The position numbers and the translations under genes were made by a program. Shown here piece by piece: positions 15,654 to 39,375 of a stretch of 64,000 nt of DNA (within the stretch, counting starts at the first letter, position 1; every line of letters begins with the position of its first letter). Source of the DNA: Salpingoeca rosetta (taxonomy: Eukaryota > Protista > Choanoflagellata); contig JAWQFM010000012.1 of NCBI GenBank assembly GCA_033442325.1, positions 333,781 to 397,780 on the forward strand. Direction: 5' to 3'. The notes beneath the pieces were generated by a model, which made no database searches, was not told the origin of the DNA, and saw only the letters and a program-made list of their open reading frames with translations.

Positions 15654-18600
15654 TTACACTTGCGACAGTGCGGGGATGTGTTCCTCAAAGAACACACTTG
15701 GCCGTTGAGTCTGTTGAGTGCTCGCAGACAAATCGAAAGAAGGCCGCGCGCCCATGTCGTTGCCCGCATCTTGCTGGTAGTGCGCACCGGTTGACACCTT
15801 GTACTTCTTCGACTTCAAAGGCCGCAACAGCAAGAGTAGCTGAAGGCCGATGCCGACCAGAACGAAGACCAGAATGGCATCTGTGTGTTGTGGTTACACA
15901 TGCATCCATGAGAGGAAAGGCAAACGTGAGTGGCACAGTACACCATCCAATCACCATTTGATGTCCTTTCAAGACAAACAGGAAGCCGAGCAATCGATCA
16001 ATACACATGCACTCACACGCACGCACAGCTTCACCAACGCGCGCCTGCACCTTCACAGACACGCAGCTGCACACACGTACACACACACACACACAACACA
16101 GAAGCAAACACGCAGCTGCACACACCGCCCCCCCACACACATGCATACATACATACATACATACACACATACATACATACATACACACATACATACATAT
16201 ACACACACAAGCACACAATTTCACACACACACACACACACACAATTTCACACACACACACACACAATTTCACACACACACACAATTTCACACACACACAC
16301 ACACAAACACAGCACACACAAACAAACACAGCACACACAAACGCGTGCCACCGATGACTTACACGACACTTTGTTGTTGACTTCCGTCATCGTTGCGGTG
16401 CCACTGGCACCGGTGTCAACTGTGACGGTGGGAGGAACGGTCGTCGTGATGGGCGAGCTGTTGTCAGTGACAACCGCCACCTCAGCCTGCGCGTTGCGGG
16501 AAACATTGAAGAGGACGTTCTGCGGATCCAGAGAGGTGGCATTGCGAAGAACCGAGCCAACAAGCAGGTTTGCTAGCTGTGTTGGAGACGGAATTGTGTC
16601 ACCATCGCGGCGACGTCGGCGACGCGTCGCTGCGTCCTCCGGAAGCAGGTAGAGGCTGACGGTCGTCCCGGCAGAAAAGTCATATGGATTCGTCGGCGTC
16701 AGGGATCGCACACGCACGCGGCTGCTGTCGACTCCCGTTGCAGCGGCAATATCGGCTGAAATCCGAGCGGCCGCCTCCGCAAACTCGGTGGTTTGTGTGC
16801 TGAGGAACGCATCCTGGAATGGCATAGCAAGCTCGATGCCGCTGACCTCTGCTGCGAGGGCAGCTGACTCCACGGTGGCGAACTGAAACTCGTGCACAAC
16901 ATCCTGCTGGATGGCGTTGCCGTTCAGGTCCTCCACTGTCGACAACTGCAGGCGCGCAGCGCGTCCGCTGATGTCGTCCCAGTCAAACCCGCGACGCAGG
17001 GACATGGTGATGCGGCGGTTCTCGCACACAATCACCATGTTGTCGTTGTTGAACTCGCGATCAAGGCCGTCCACCGTCATGAGCACGCGGAAGAAGTGGG
17101 GTTTGGTGCACTGCAAGGGCTCGTCGAACTCCACCGCCATGTCATCGCCGGGCTGGTACTGCCCATCCGCCGGCTCAGGGTAGCCGAGAACCACGGGCGC
17201 CTCACGGTCCACCACGCCCAACGCCACAAGGGACAAGTTCTCGTCAATGCCATCAGGGACCTCGTTGATGGAAGCGGTGCACTGAGCGCGGATGCGCAGG
17301 TCGTAGTCGCCGTTGGTGATGGCGGACACGTCCCACCAAATGGTCACGTAGCCAAACTCGTTCTCCATGTTCTTGATGTCAAGGGCCTCGCCCTGCTTGT
17401 CTCGCGCCTGCAGCCAGACGTGCGATGCGGTTGGCTTGTACTCGACATAGACGCCCTCGAGCCGATCGTCCTCCGTCCACTTGCGGGTGGCGAAATCGGG
17501 GTTGAAGGCCACGAGGCGCAGCTCTCCCGGCCGGCTGCTGCGATCATCCAGAGCCTTGTTGATGACAAACTTGCCCGTCTCGCCAATCTCGCCAACAAGC
17601 TGCACGGGGCTGCACGGCTGCAGGAACTCGGCCTCCAGATACACGTACTCGACGGTTGTCACCTCGTCGTTGAGATAGCCGTTGTCGGGGTGCCTGTCTG
17701 CTTCGCAGAGGGAGCGCCAACCCACTGCCACAGGGTTGTACTTGTACTTGCTTGGCCCACGCGTGATCATGATCGTGGCATGTCGTGCACCGACGGGGAA
17801 GCCCTCATAGTCAATCGGGCTCGCGAGCGATCGGCCGTCAACCAAAATCGTCAGGCCGTCTTGGTTTTCGCTGTTCAGATTGAAGAGCTGCAGACAACAC
17901 GAAGCACAAGCACACACACACACACATGCGCGCGCGTGAGGGTTGATGATACAAGGCCAGGGTGGCACAGGATGACAAACACACTTGATCGCATGAAGCA
18001 AACCCCAAATCAGACCACTTGCACACGCACAAGGAACACAGGATTGCACAACCAGGGTCGGTGTGACTCACATTGAGGTCTGTGTATCCGGGGCCGTCGT
18101 TCTTGAGGAGCACCTCAAACACCGCTGGTTCATTGGGCAACACCGGTGCAGCTGGTTGCTTGAGAATGCTGATGCCCGGGTTCTCCAAGGCAAGTGTGCC
18201 TTCCTCATGCGGGCACGACGACTGGCCTGACGTGGTGTGGAACACCAAGGTGCCAAAATCCGGATGCAGAAACACTTCCACGTCGAAGATGTCCAATGGA
18301 TCAGCGTCGCCAAGCGTGAAGCTGCGCAGTGGTAGAGAAGGGGTGTCAATTGGAAAGCCACGCCACATGTGGATGTGTCAGTAAGTAATGCAACCCGGCA
18401 AGTTGGTTAGTACAAGGAGCGTGTCATCAGCACGAAAGCGTAAGCGTGTGACATGTCTCGTGTGTATGTGCGTGTGCGTGTACATATGACGGCGGACAAG
18501 AGCGCATGGGCCCTGTGTCTGTTGGTGGTTGGAAAATGGACTCTGAGCACAACAACAAAGTTGTGCTATCATCTGTCTTAAGCGAGGACGGTGTGCTCTC

Positions 18601-21600
18601 ACCTAATTGATGTTTCCTTTTGGTAGCCCTCTGTGGTTTCATCTGAGAGTTCCCATTCGCCCAAGCCCAACGTGGTAAGGCTAAAATCTGCACCAAAGCC
18701 GGAGAAGCTGAACTCGTGGTTGAACGTGATGCCACCTTCGAGTGTGTGCTTATGGGTAGAAGCATCTGTCACAGACTTGTCCAAGCTGGTATCATAGGCG
18801 AAGCTGTAGGTGGCCCCACCACCAGCAAACTTGATGGCATTGATTGCACGCAGCTTCTCGTAGTCCTCCTCGGTCGTGTCGGTGCCGTCCGTGTTCTTGG
18901 CCTTCTCAATCAGATCATGCGGAGCAAATGCAACGCCCTTATTCATTCCATCCTCAATGTGCCCCGTGTTCGCATGCTGGAGGCTGTCGCCAACGGTCCA
19001 CAGTGACTGTACTTTCTTCAGCGAGCCTTCGCCGGCGCTCTTGCGCACTTCCCTGTTGCGGTGGAGCGTGGTGTTCCAAGCGTCGAGGGCGTTGCGCAGC
19101 TCCGCCTCCTTTGCCTGCAGCTCAGTGCGCAGCTCATCGTCCTCCTCTGTGGCAAGCTCGGTCTGCGTTGCGCTCAGGCGCTGCTTCAAGTCTGGGATCT
19201 CCTTGTTCTCAATTTCAAAGACAGAGAGCCAGGTCATAACTTCCTTGTTCTCCTCCGCTTCCAGGGACCAGGTCGTCTTGAGCGATTTGGTGACTTCGCA
19301 TGTGCTGGCGTCAAAGTCGACGACGTCCGTGTCCAGGAAGAGGACGTTGAGCGAGGGCACGAGGAACATGTCGGACTGCTCCCCAGCAAGCATGGGCTCG
19401 TCAGACGTGGCCACGTCGATGCTGAACGACCACACCTGCTCCGTGTCGCGGTTATCGTCAGCGTCTTTGCCACCCCACAGGTTGGTGTTGTCGGCTTGAA
19501 TGGTGACCGGCGCTGTCTTGGTCTTGACGAGGTTGATGCAGTTGGCGGCCCCAAGGCCAACACACAGGTCGAGCTCAGCGTCCGCGCGGAACGGCGTGAG
19601 CTCCGCCGCAACCTGGAATCCCCCATATGACTCATAGCTGCTGCTTGAGATCTTGTAGTTGGCATACGTGTTGGAGTACGTGGCTGAGGACAACCCACCG
19701 GGTGGATCCTGCACGACCAGAAGCGGCTTGTAGCGGGGAAAGGGAATTGACGCAGATGCACCACGCGCCTGTTGTCCCACGACGACCACCTTCTCGTAGA
19801 CGGTCACGGGGTCGTGTGGCAGGTTGTGCATGGTGACGCGGAACAGCTTGGTGTGCGGGTGGTCGGGATCGACGGCCTCTGCGTTGAGCTCTGGGCCGCC
19901 GGTGAGCAGCGTTAGCGCGACATGGGCGTTGAACTGCTCCACGTTCTCGCCATTCACGCGCTGCTCGTGCTGCACTTCCCTGCTGCATGTGTCATAGCAG
20001 GCGGTGAGAAGGTCGCGCTGAGACTTTGAGATGCCAGTAATCTGCTTGGCGCGGACAGGGGATTCGCCGAGCTGGTTCTCAATCTCCAGCGCGCCCGGCA
20101 CGATGTCGCACGTCTCCACGCCGGCACCGAAGTCCTCAATCACGGTGATGGTGGCCACCGTCTGCGTGCGCTGCTGCATCACGGTGTACGGCGTGCCGTC
20201 GGCGTAGTTGCACGAGTGCGGCAGGACAGGGACGAACGCGACCGTGAGCGTGGGGGGCGGGTGGTACTCGAAGCGCACCATCTTCTTCTCCTCGCTTTTG
20301 TCCTGCGGGTTGCGCAGGTCGGCGTGCTGTGACCGCGCCGTGCCCAGCGTGGCGGAGAAGTAGCGCGTCATCTCCTCCCGCACGTTACCGTCGCGGACGA
20401 GCCGCTGGAACCGCACCGTCATAATGTGCGCCGGGAGCGTCCACTTGGAGAGGCGCTCAGACGTCTGCTCCGTGCGCACCCACGTGGGACAGCTGTCGTA
20501 GCGGAACTCCAGGATGCTGCGACCCAGCGTGCGGTTGCACAGCCCGCCTGCGACGTCAACTGTGACCACGTCGGTGGTCACATCTTGAAAGTCGATGCTC
20601 TCCCACATCTTGTCATCGACAATGTCGTAGAAGCCCTCGCGCGTCTCAAGGCCCGTGGAGGCGCTCGTGGCGATGAAGAAGCCTGATGGCGCGTTTGGTG
20701 CATTCGGGCTGTAGTCTGCGCGCGCAAACGAATGGGATGAGTTGCCAAAGGTGATGCGCACACCAACAGAGGAGCCCAGCACGGCGACGGCCGTGTAGTA
20801 GCCCTGGGCATCAGTGATTGTGCATCCAAGGGTGCGGCTGCCGTGCAGCCGGTCATACAGGCAGACTTCTACGTCGCGCAGCGGGCAGCCGTTGAAGTAG
20901 CCTTGGTGTTCTGTGCCCTTGATGGTGACGCGGCCAGAGAACGGGACGGAGGTGGTGTCGCGGACGGCGACCTCCTGGTCGAACCGAAGGTGCTCCACGA
21001 TGATGTGCTGCTCTGTGCAGGCGATGCCACCGCAGGAAAACGTGTGTGCAATGTCGCCAGACGTCTTGGAGAAGCTGAGCGTCATGGTCTCGCGCAGCTT
21101 GAACAGCTCCGTGGAATAGACGTGGATCTCAAAGAAGCCATCCTCATCTGTGAAGTGCGTGGTGGAGAACACGTCGCCAATGGCCGCGTCCACGCGCACG
21201 CCTTTGACCGGGAGGTGGATCTCGTCCGAGTCAATTGTGATCTGGCCACGCACCACCGTCTCCCACGCGATTTGCAGGTCGGTGCACGTGGGGGCTGAGC
21301 TGTATCCGCTGGTCTCGTAGTCAACGGCATTCGTGGCACTGACACAATACTTGCTGTAGCTGCCGGGTGCGGAGCCCACGTAGCGCTTCTTCTGGGATGT
21401 GATGACGAGGCTGTTGTGGTACGTGGTTGGGCGGGTCGCGGTAGTCTCCATGCCCTCGGACAGGGCACAGAAACCGCTGCCGGCCAGGACCATTGCACAG
21501 GTGGACGATGCGGAACAAAGGGCCTCACACGCATCCGTACCCGTGGCAAGCAGGTATGAGCCTGCGACGCCGCTGTTTTCCACTTGAACCATTTCGTACG

Positions 21601-24600
21601 AGTCTGCCCACATGTCGTCATCCGCGAGGTGCGTGGTGCGCAGCACGCGCAGCTGGTGGCACCACAACTGCCCGTTGTTTGCCTTTTGTACGACAAAGGC
21701 AATGCACCAATCCGAGCGCTCCTCGCAGAGGTCAAGGCACTCCTGCTTGCCTGCAACGGCCGTCTGGGTGCCGGTCGGGTACACGCGCTCCTCGCGCACT
21801 GTTACACCAGGTGCGTTAGCTGCGATGGCGTTCTCCACCTCCGCCACCGTGGTTGTGGTTGTGACAATTGGCGTCGTGGTTGTGGTCGTAAAGTCGTCGT
21901 CAAGTTCATGCTCGTGCACAGTACTGGGCATCTGCGTGGGCGTGGTGGTGGTTGAGGTTGTTGTTGTCACGGAGGACGACGTAGATGTGGACGTGGACGA
22001 CGAGGTCGACGACGATGAAGACGTCGACGTCGACGTAAAGTGCTCTCCTGTTGTTTATTGTGTGGGTTCAAGCAGAGTGCAAGACGGGTTGTGAGGCGAA
22101 AGAGTTGTGTTAGTAAAATGGCGCGATGACGGGATGATTCAAGTCGAGTGCGCGAAGCGCAGGCGGAAGAAGAAGAAGAAGAAGAAGAAGAAGAAGAAGA
22201 AGAAGAACAAGAACAAGAACAAGAACAAGAAGAAGAAGAAGAAGAAGAAGAAGAACAAGAAGAAGAAGAAGAACAAGAAGAAGAAGAAGAAGAAGAAGAA
22301 GAAGAAGAAGAAGAAGAAGAAGAAGAAGAAGAAGAAGAAGAACAAGAACAAGAAGAACAAGAAGAACAAGAAGAAGAACAAGAACAAGAAGAAGAAGAAC
22401 AACAACAACAACAGCAACAACGCCTCAATGCACGCACCAACTGCAAGTTCGGAGGGATACGCAAACCGCTCATCGCTCCCGCTCTTTGCGGTGTGAACGC
22501 GCAGCGGAAAAATGCCTACAATTACACCATGCGGGAGCCAAGGGTGGTACAGAGAATGTATGTTGAGTTTACCACTGACGGGTGAACAGGTATGCAAGTC
22601 CACCGACACAGTAACAAGCGCACCACAAGAACAGCGTAAATCAGACCACTGGCATTCAAACACAGGTGCACAGGCACAGACGCGCACGCACACACCCATG
22701 CAAGTACAGGCGGGCCTGCACGCATATACGCATGCATACACACGCACATCAACACTTGCACACACCTTCTGGCAGCTTGTAGTTTGTGCCATCATCAAGG
22801 GGCTTGTAAATGTCTGAAACGTGCACGGACGAGTGTGTATGTGCAATGCGTGAGCTATTGGTACGGCAATCACGCACAGGAGGTGTGTACACATAAAATT
22901 GGGCTTGATGAGCTTCAACAACGATACACAGAACCATGAGTTGCGCAAGCAACACGTGGTTTATGCCCCTCTCACGGGCACAAGGACACACTCTTCATTT
23001 CCCACTCACTCCCGCATATACACATACATACCCTTCGTCTCTCACACCCTACATACATTGTCATGCATCCACGCAAACCCAGTCTACTCCATTCCTTGCC
23101 ACACTGACGACGAACCGTCTTTGGTGAGTGCGAGGTTGTCGTAGATCAATTGGGGGTCGTGGCGCGCACCACACTCTTCCGCAGAGGTAATATCGTACGA
23201 GGAGGCCATGCTGACGCCATCACGGAAGAAGTTGAAGCCGGACTCGCAGTAGCTCTGGTCTGTCCACGAGAAGAAGACAAGTCCGCGGTGCTGGCGGAGT
23301 TCAAAGTCAGAGGGCGGCCCCGAGGGCTCGCTCGCGCGACATCCGCAGGATGTCTGGATGCTGCCCTCGCTCGTGCCCGCAACCATCTGAAGATCGGTCG
23401 TCCGCACGCCATTGTCGTCCACTGGCGTGATGATGACCTGGCAAGATCCAGCGACAGCCAAGCGACAGCGTAGATGCGGTTGCTTTGTGTGAGTTGCAGC
23501 TTCGTTCCCTATGGGACATCTTCGTTGGTGTAATGGCGCACAGACAGCGTGGCAGTCGAAAACAAAGGCACAGTGTGTGTTGTGTTGTGTTGTGCGTGTG
23601 CGTGGTGTTGTGCATGCATTTGTGCGCGTGATTCTCTTCTTCTCATTTGGAAGGGGTGCTTGAGTGAGTGTCTAAGTGCCTTGTGTTGCGTGCACCTCAA
23701 AGCGTCGACCGGGCTGAAGTCCTGTGGCTGTGAAGCTGGAAAGAACACGCTCTTCAACAACGGGGTAGTCTGGGAGGGTGGTGGTCTGCGAGAGATCCAA
23801 GGCCCACTCCGCCACGGTAATCTGTGGACTCGACAAGTGCGTTGTGTGTGTGTGTGTGCAAGGTAAAGGCAAGCTATGAGAGTGTGCACTGCACCGCGGT
23901 AGTTGACAGACAGGCAGGCAGGCTTGCGCAACATGGTTTGCACTGGTGTGTATCTGGTGTTCTTTCGAATTGTGGTCATAAAATACGCACACGCACACAC
24001 ACGCACACACATTCACTCACTCACTCACTCACACACACACACACACACTCTCTCTCCCCCTCGCTCTCCCGCTCTCTGTCTCTCTGGGACACATGCATAC
24101 GTGGGCATCATTGCATCCTGCACGCACTCGCCATGAACACGAAGATATCCACACACACACACACACACCTCGTATTCCGGGAAGTCATCTGCGTTTTGAA
24201 TGCTCATGGCGATTGAGTGCGTTCCAATATCAAACGTCGCGCGAGGTCCTTGCACTGAAGTGGTAGGAAAGCACGTCCACATTGTAGAGAAGAGATCAGA
24301 TTGGGGATGTGGATCAGGAACGGGGATAGCCACTTGTGCAAGTCTCCCTCAACGCCGATAGCAAACGCTCACACAACTGACAACATCCAGGTATTCATTC
24401 ATTTCTACGGCTACGCACAGTGCAATTCCAATCAACCATTGGCACGTCTGTTTGCAACCACATGCAGGTGCACATCATCCATGCAATGCACTTGCATTTC
24501 TGCGACATCGCTATGCTGAGCTACGTACAGTCGCACCCTCGGCCATTTGAGGTGAGAGGGCCGTAAGGGCAGTTGCAGCGATAGCCACCGGCGTCGTTGA

Positions 24601-24768
24601 CACAAACTGCAGGAGCAACGCAGTCATGCTGTCCACTGGAGCATTCATTCACATCTGCAATGAGCATTTGTCAGCATGAAACACGAGTGTCGTTGTGTCG
24701 GCGTGAAGTTCAGATAGGGCGGAGGGAGTGAGTGAGTATGTGTGTGTGTGTGTGTGCGTGTGTGTGTG

Positions 24769-24843
<75 letters not shown>

Positions 24844-26931
24844 GAGTGAGTGTGCGTGTACAAGGCCGGACGCCACACGGGGGCCGGAGATGCATGCTGG
24901 GGGAGACTTTGCACAAGCCTCGTTGACACACGTGCACGCACCGAACAAATGCAGGCACAAAAGCACTACTCCACCACACCCATGCACAAGATCGAGCACA
25001 AGCACGCACCTTCACAGGTTGGCGCGGATCCACTCCAGACGCCCTGGCCGTTGACAACGCGACACTCGCGCGCGTCCTTAGTGCCCGATGCAGACACCTG
25101 ATAACCTTCATCACACGACTTGAAGCTGCACTGATTTCCTGTGGTTTGAAAGCAATCATATGGTGACGTGCGGGAGTATGAACACAAACATGCGAGTGCG
25201 AGTGCGTGCATGGATGTGTGTGCGTGTGTGCATTCAGGTGTGTTCGCGCATGTGTTGTTACTCATCTGCATGTGCAAGTGTCGTGTACACGACATGTGCC
25301 GTTGTATGTGTGCCACAAGGTGTTCAAGGTGATCTACGATGTGACCGTCAGATTAGGTGCTTGCCCCTCTTGTAAACACGGCAATGCCACGTGGTGTTTG
25401 TGAACGAACCAAAGGTGCCACCGCAGTCGCCTTCCAGTTGGCCGTGCGCAAGTGTCAGAGAGCCGCAGGTCACACCTACGTAGCAAGCAAAGCAAAGATG
25501 TAACGCAGAAGGTGGACGTTATCTCGCACACGTCATGTGCACGGAGCAGGTTTGACGTCGAGTAAGGCACTGACAACATAGCCGTGCATAACAGCAGAGG
25601 TTGTCGTTCAAGTCACACCGACTGTACGCCTAACGCTTTGCGCATACGCACACACGCGTGCACTCACACACACACACACACACAACACGCACATGCACAT
25701 GCACATGATTGCGCTTTGCTGGCTTACGTCGACAACCGTAGGTGCCGTCGTTGACATAGCCACTGCTCTCCGTACAGTCAATCTCGCAGGTCCTGACACG
25801 CCACCGCCGGTCCTCGTTGTGGTTGCTGTGAACGGAGGACAGGCCTGTGATAAAGAAGCAAGCACAGGGTATGAAACCAGACAACATCCTGAGAACATGA
25901 TTGCAGTAGACATGGCATGGTACCTGGCAGCAAGCGTTTGAAGAATTGAATGGAGCAGTGCGCTGAAGAGCAAAGCATGTTCATCGAAACAGGGATGCAC
26001 ATGTCCACCTGTGATGGCTCTGCGCGAGCTGACTTGAATGTCGACGGCATCGTCATAGTTGTTGTCGTAGCTTGTCGACAACGAGCAAGACGTCAGCGTT
26101 GCTCCGCTGATTCGGCGGCATCCAAACTTCCAGCGTCGGTCCTCGCTAACAATGGCACACAGCAGCGCACGCAATGGTCATCAACTCAAGTCACAGGCGG
26201 CAGGAAGACGGGGATGTGCAAGGAGTGCTTGGTGTGTGCAGGGCACACACGCAAACCACGTGAACAAATCTAACTGTGCTGCTGGTCTTACTTGTGGTTG
26301 CTGTGGTAGCTGGCCATTCGATACAGATCTACACGGAAGCACGGCACATCATGGAACAGATTTGTTTGATGATTTGAGGCGTCATGGTGGTTGTGATGGA
26401 TGGCAGAGATACGACAGTGGTGTCAGTGGTGAGTTTGGGAAATCGATCCGTCGATGTGGCGAGCCGCTGCGTTGGTTTTCCCCCGGGTGAAATGTCGATC
26501 TCACTTTCGTGTAGACTACACACATGTTGACGGCACGACTGTAAGCACACCCACAAACACACATCGACACCCACAACACACATACATCAACACACGCAAC
26601 ACACGCACACACAACACACACGCAAGAAGGACGTACAGTAGTTGGTGTCACACTCGAAGTTGACGTCCGCATCAAAGTTGTTGACATAGTTGGAGGAGAA
26701 CGTAGTGGATCCGTAGCTTGAAATGCCGTATGTCACGCAAGAGCGTGTCCAACGCCGATCTTCGTTGTGGTTTGAGTGGTATGATTGGATGCGCGACATC
26801 CCACCACTCGAGCAAGACATGTCGAGCGATGCATCAAAGTTGTTGTACCACGCGTGTGAGACGCAAACTTGTGCGAGGGCCAACCCAGTTGCGAGCAGCA
26901 GCACCCGCTGTGGTCGGGGCACGGAAGGCAT
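15654..26931 (-). CDS. Giant type I membrane protein: signal peptide, dermatopontin (DERM) domain, Sushi, Ca-binding EGF, FN3-like, S/T mucin stretch, PAN/apple-like, large beta-rich region, SEA-like, TM, short tail
   Basis: Exon 1 reads MPSVPRPQRVLLLATGLALAQVCVSHA-WYNNFD...SYHSNHNEDRRW, with three HSNHNEDRRW repeats (~26760, 26290-26130, 25810). Sushi at 25480-25010; DVNECSSGQHDC EGF at 24655-24528; FN3-like at 23820-23105; large exons ~22047-18603 and ~17888-16361. The last exon (15881-15654) gives YAILVFVLVGIGLQLLLLLRPLKSKK...PALSQV*. Exons around 22460-22915 are unresolved. Confidence 0.8.
22166..22420 (+). repeat. (GAA)n/(CAA) compound trinucleotide repeat, intronic
   Basis: Direct reading of the sequence. 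Confidence 0.95.
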
Positions 26932-27402
26932 GACAATTGCCTTCGTAGTCTGCGGGTGCTTGCGCAGGTGTGTGTTCGCACTTTCACGAGTTCTTACGAG
27001 GGGAAGAGAAGAAAGGAGGGAGCAAAGTGCGTCGAACTAATAAGCACCACCAATTCTGTGCGATCGTTTGATGTGGTTGTTGCTGTTGTTGCTGTGTGAT
27101 CTTCTTCATCTTTCAAACAACAAAGAGAAAGTGCGTTGTACTCATAGGCCCAACGGATTTCTTGGAAGCCATTCACAAACGTTCGTCGACAAGCAGAAGA
27201 GCCTATGACAGCAACCTGATCGCTTCACCACAAACACCATTGTTGACACCGATCTCTGTTGTTTGAGCTCTCTCTCCTTCTCCTTCTCTCTCCTTCTTTC
27301 TTCTTCTTCTTCTTCTCTCTCTCTCTCTGTCTCGCTCACACCCCTGCCCTCACCCCGTCTGTGTACGAGCGGTGAAGTATGGCCTGTGCTCAGCGGCGAG
27401 CC

Positions 27403-38651
<11,249 letters not shown>

Positions 38652-38667
38652 GTTGCATGAGGGTCGC

Positions 38668-38770
38668 GATGATGATGATGACGATGATGATGACGATGAC
38701 GATGATGATGATGACGATGACGATGATGATGATGACGATGATGATGATGACGATGATGATGATGACGATG
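38668..38770 (+). repeat. (GAT/GAC)n repeat just after the NHL gene stop
   Basis: Direct reading of the sequence. Confidence 0.95.
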
Positions 38771-39210
38771 CGTTGCCCTTGGTTGTGTGCTTTGTGTTGT
38801 CTGTTGGTTGTGCGTTGGTTTACTCTTGGTGCGTGCTCATGTGGTGTTTCTCACACACAACAGCACGTTGCGTTGTACTGTGTCGTCGTTTTATGTTGAT
38901 TTCAACCATCGCTTTGTCACCCCGCTATGTGTATGCGGGTGTCGCGGTGCTGCTTCACCATCATTGGTTTATTTCATGTGGTTCTGTTGCGTGGGGTGTT
39001 TTCAATGGCTGTGACCAAGTCACAGTACACGGCGAGGAATGAACGCAAGGGTGAGACCGTGAGACCACTCAGGCAGAGTAATGCCTCCATTGTTTGTGTG
39101 TTTGCTTTGAGTGATGTGATTGCCTGTGACAGCACCTCACGGCACGCGTGTGTCGCCTTCCATCCTTCCCCTTTCCACCGCGCAGACACAGAGACGGAGC
39201 ACACACACAC

Positions 39211-39292
<82 letters not shown>

Positions 39293-39375
39293 GCACAGCA
39301 CATGGTGTTGTCCTTTTTCTAGCCCACAACCTGTCCTTCTGGCCTACAAACACAAGAGCAACCGACCAAAACGCA

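Noticed and set aside
16892-18076. 394-aa plus-strand ORF
   Set aside because: Antisense to the large exon of the membrane DERM protein; explained by codon bias.
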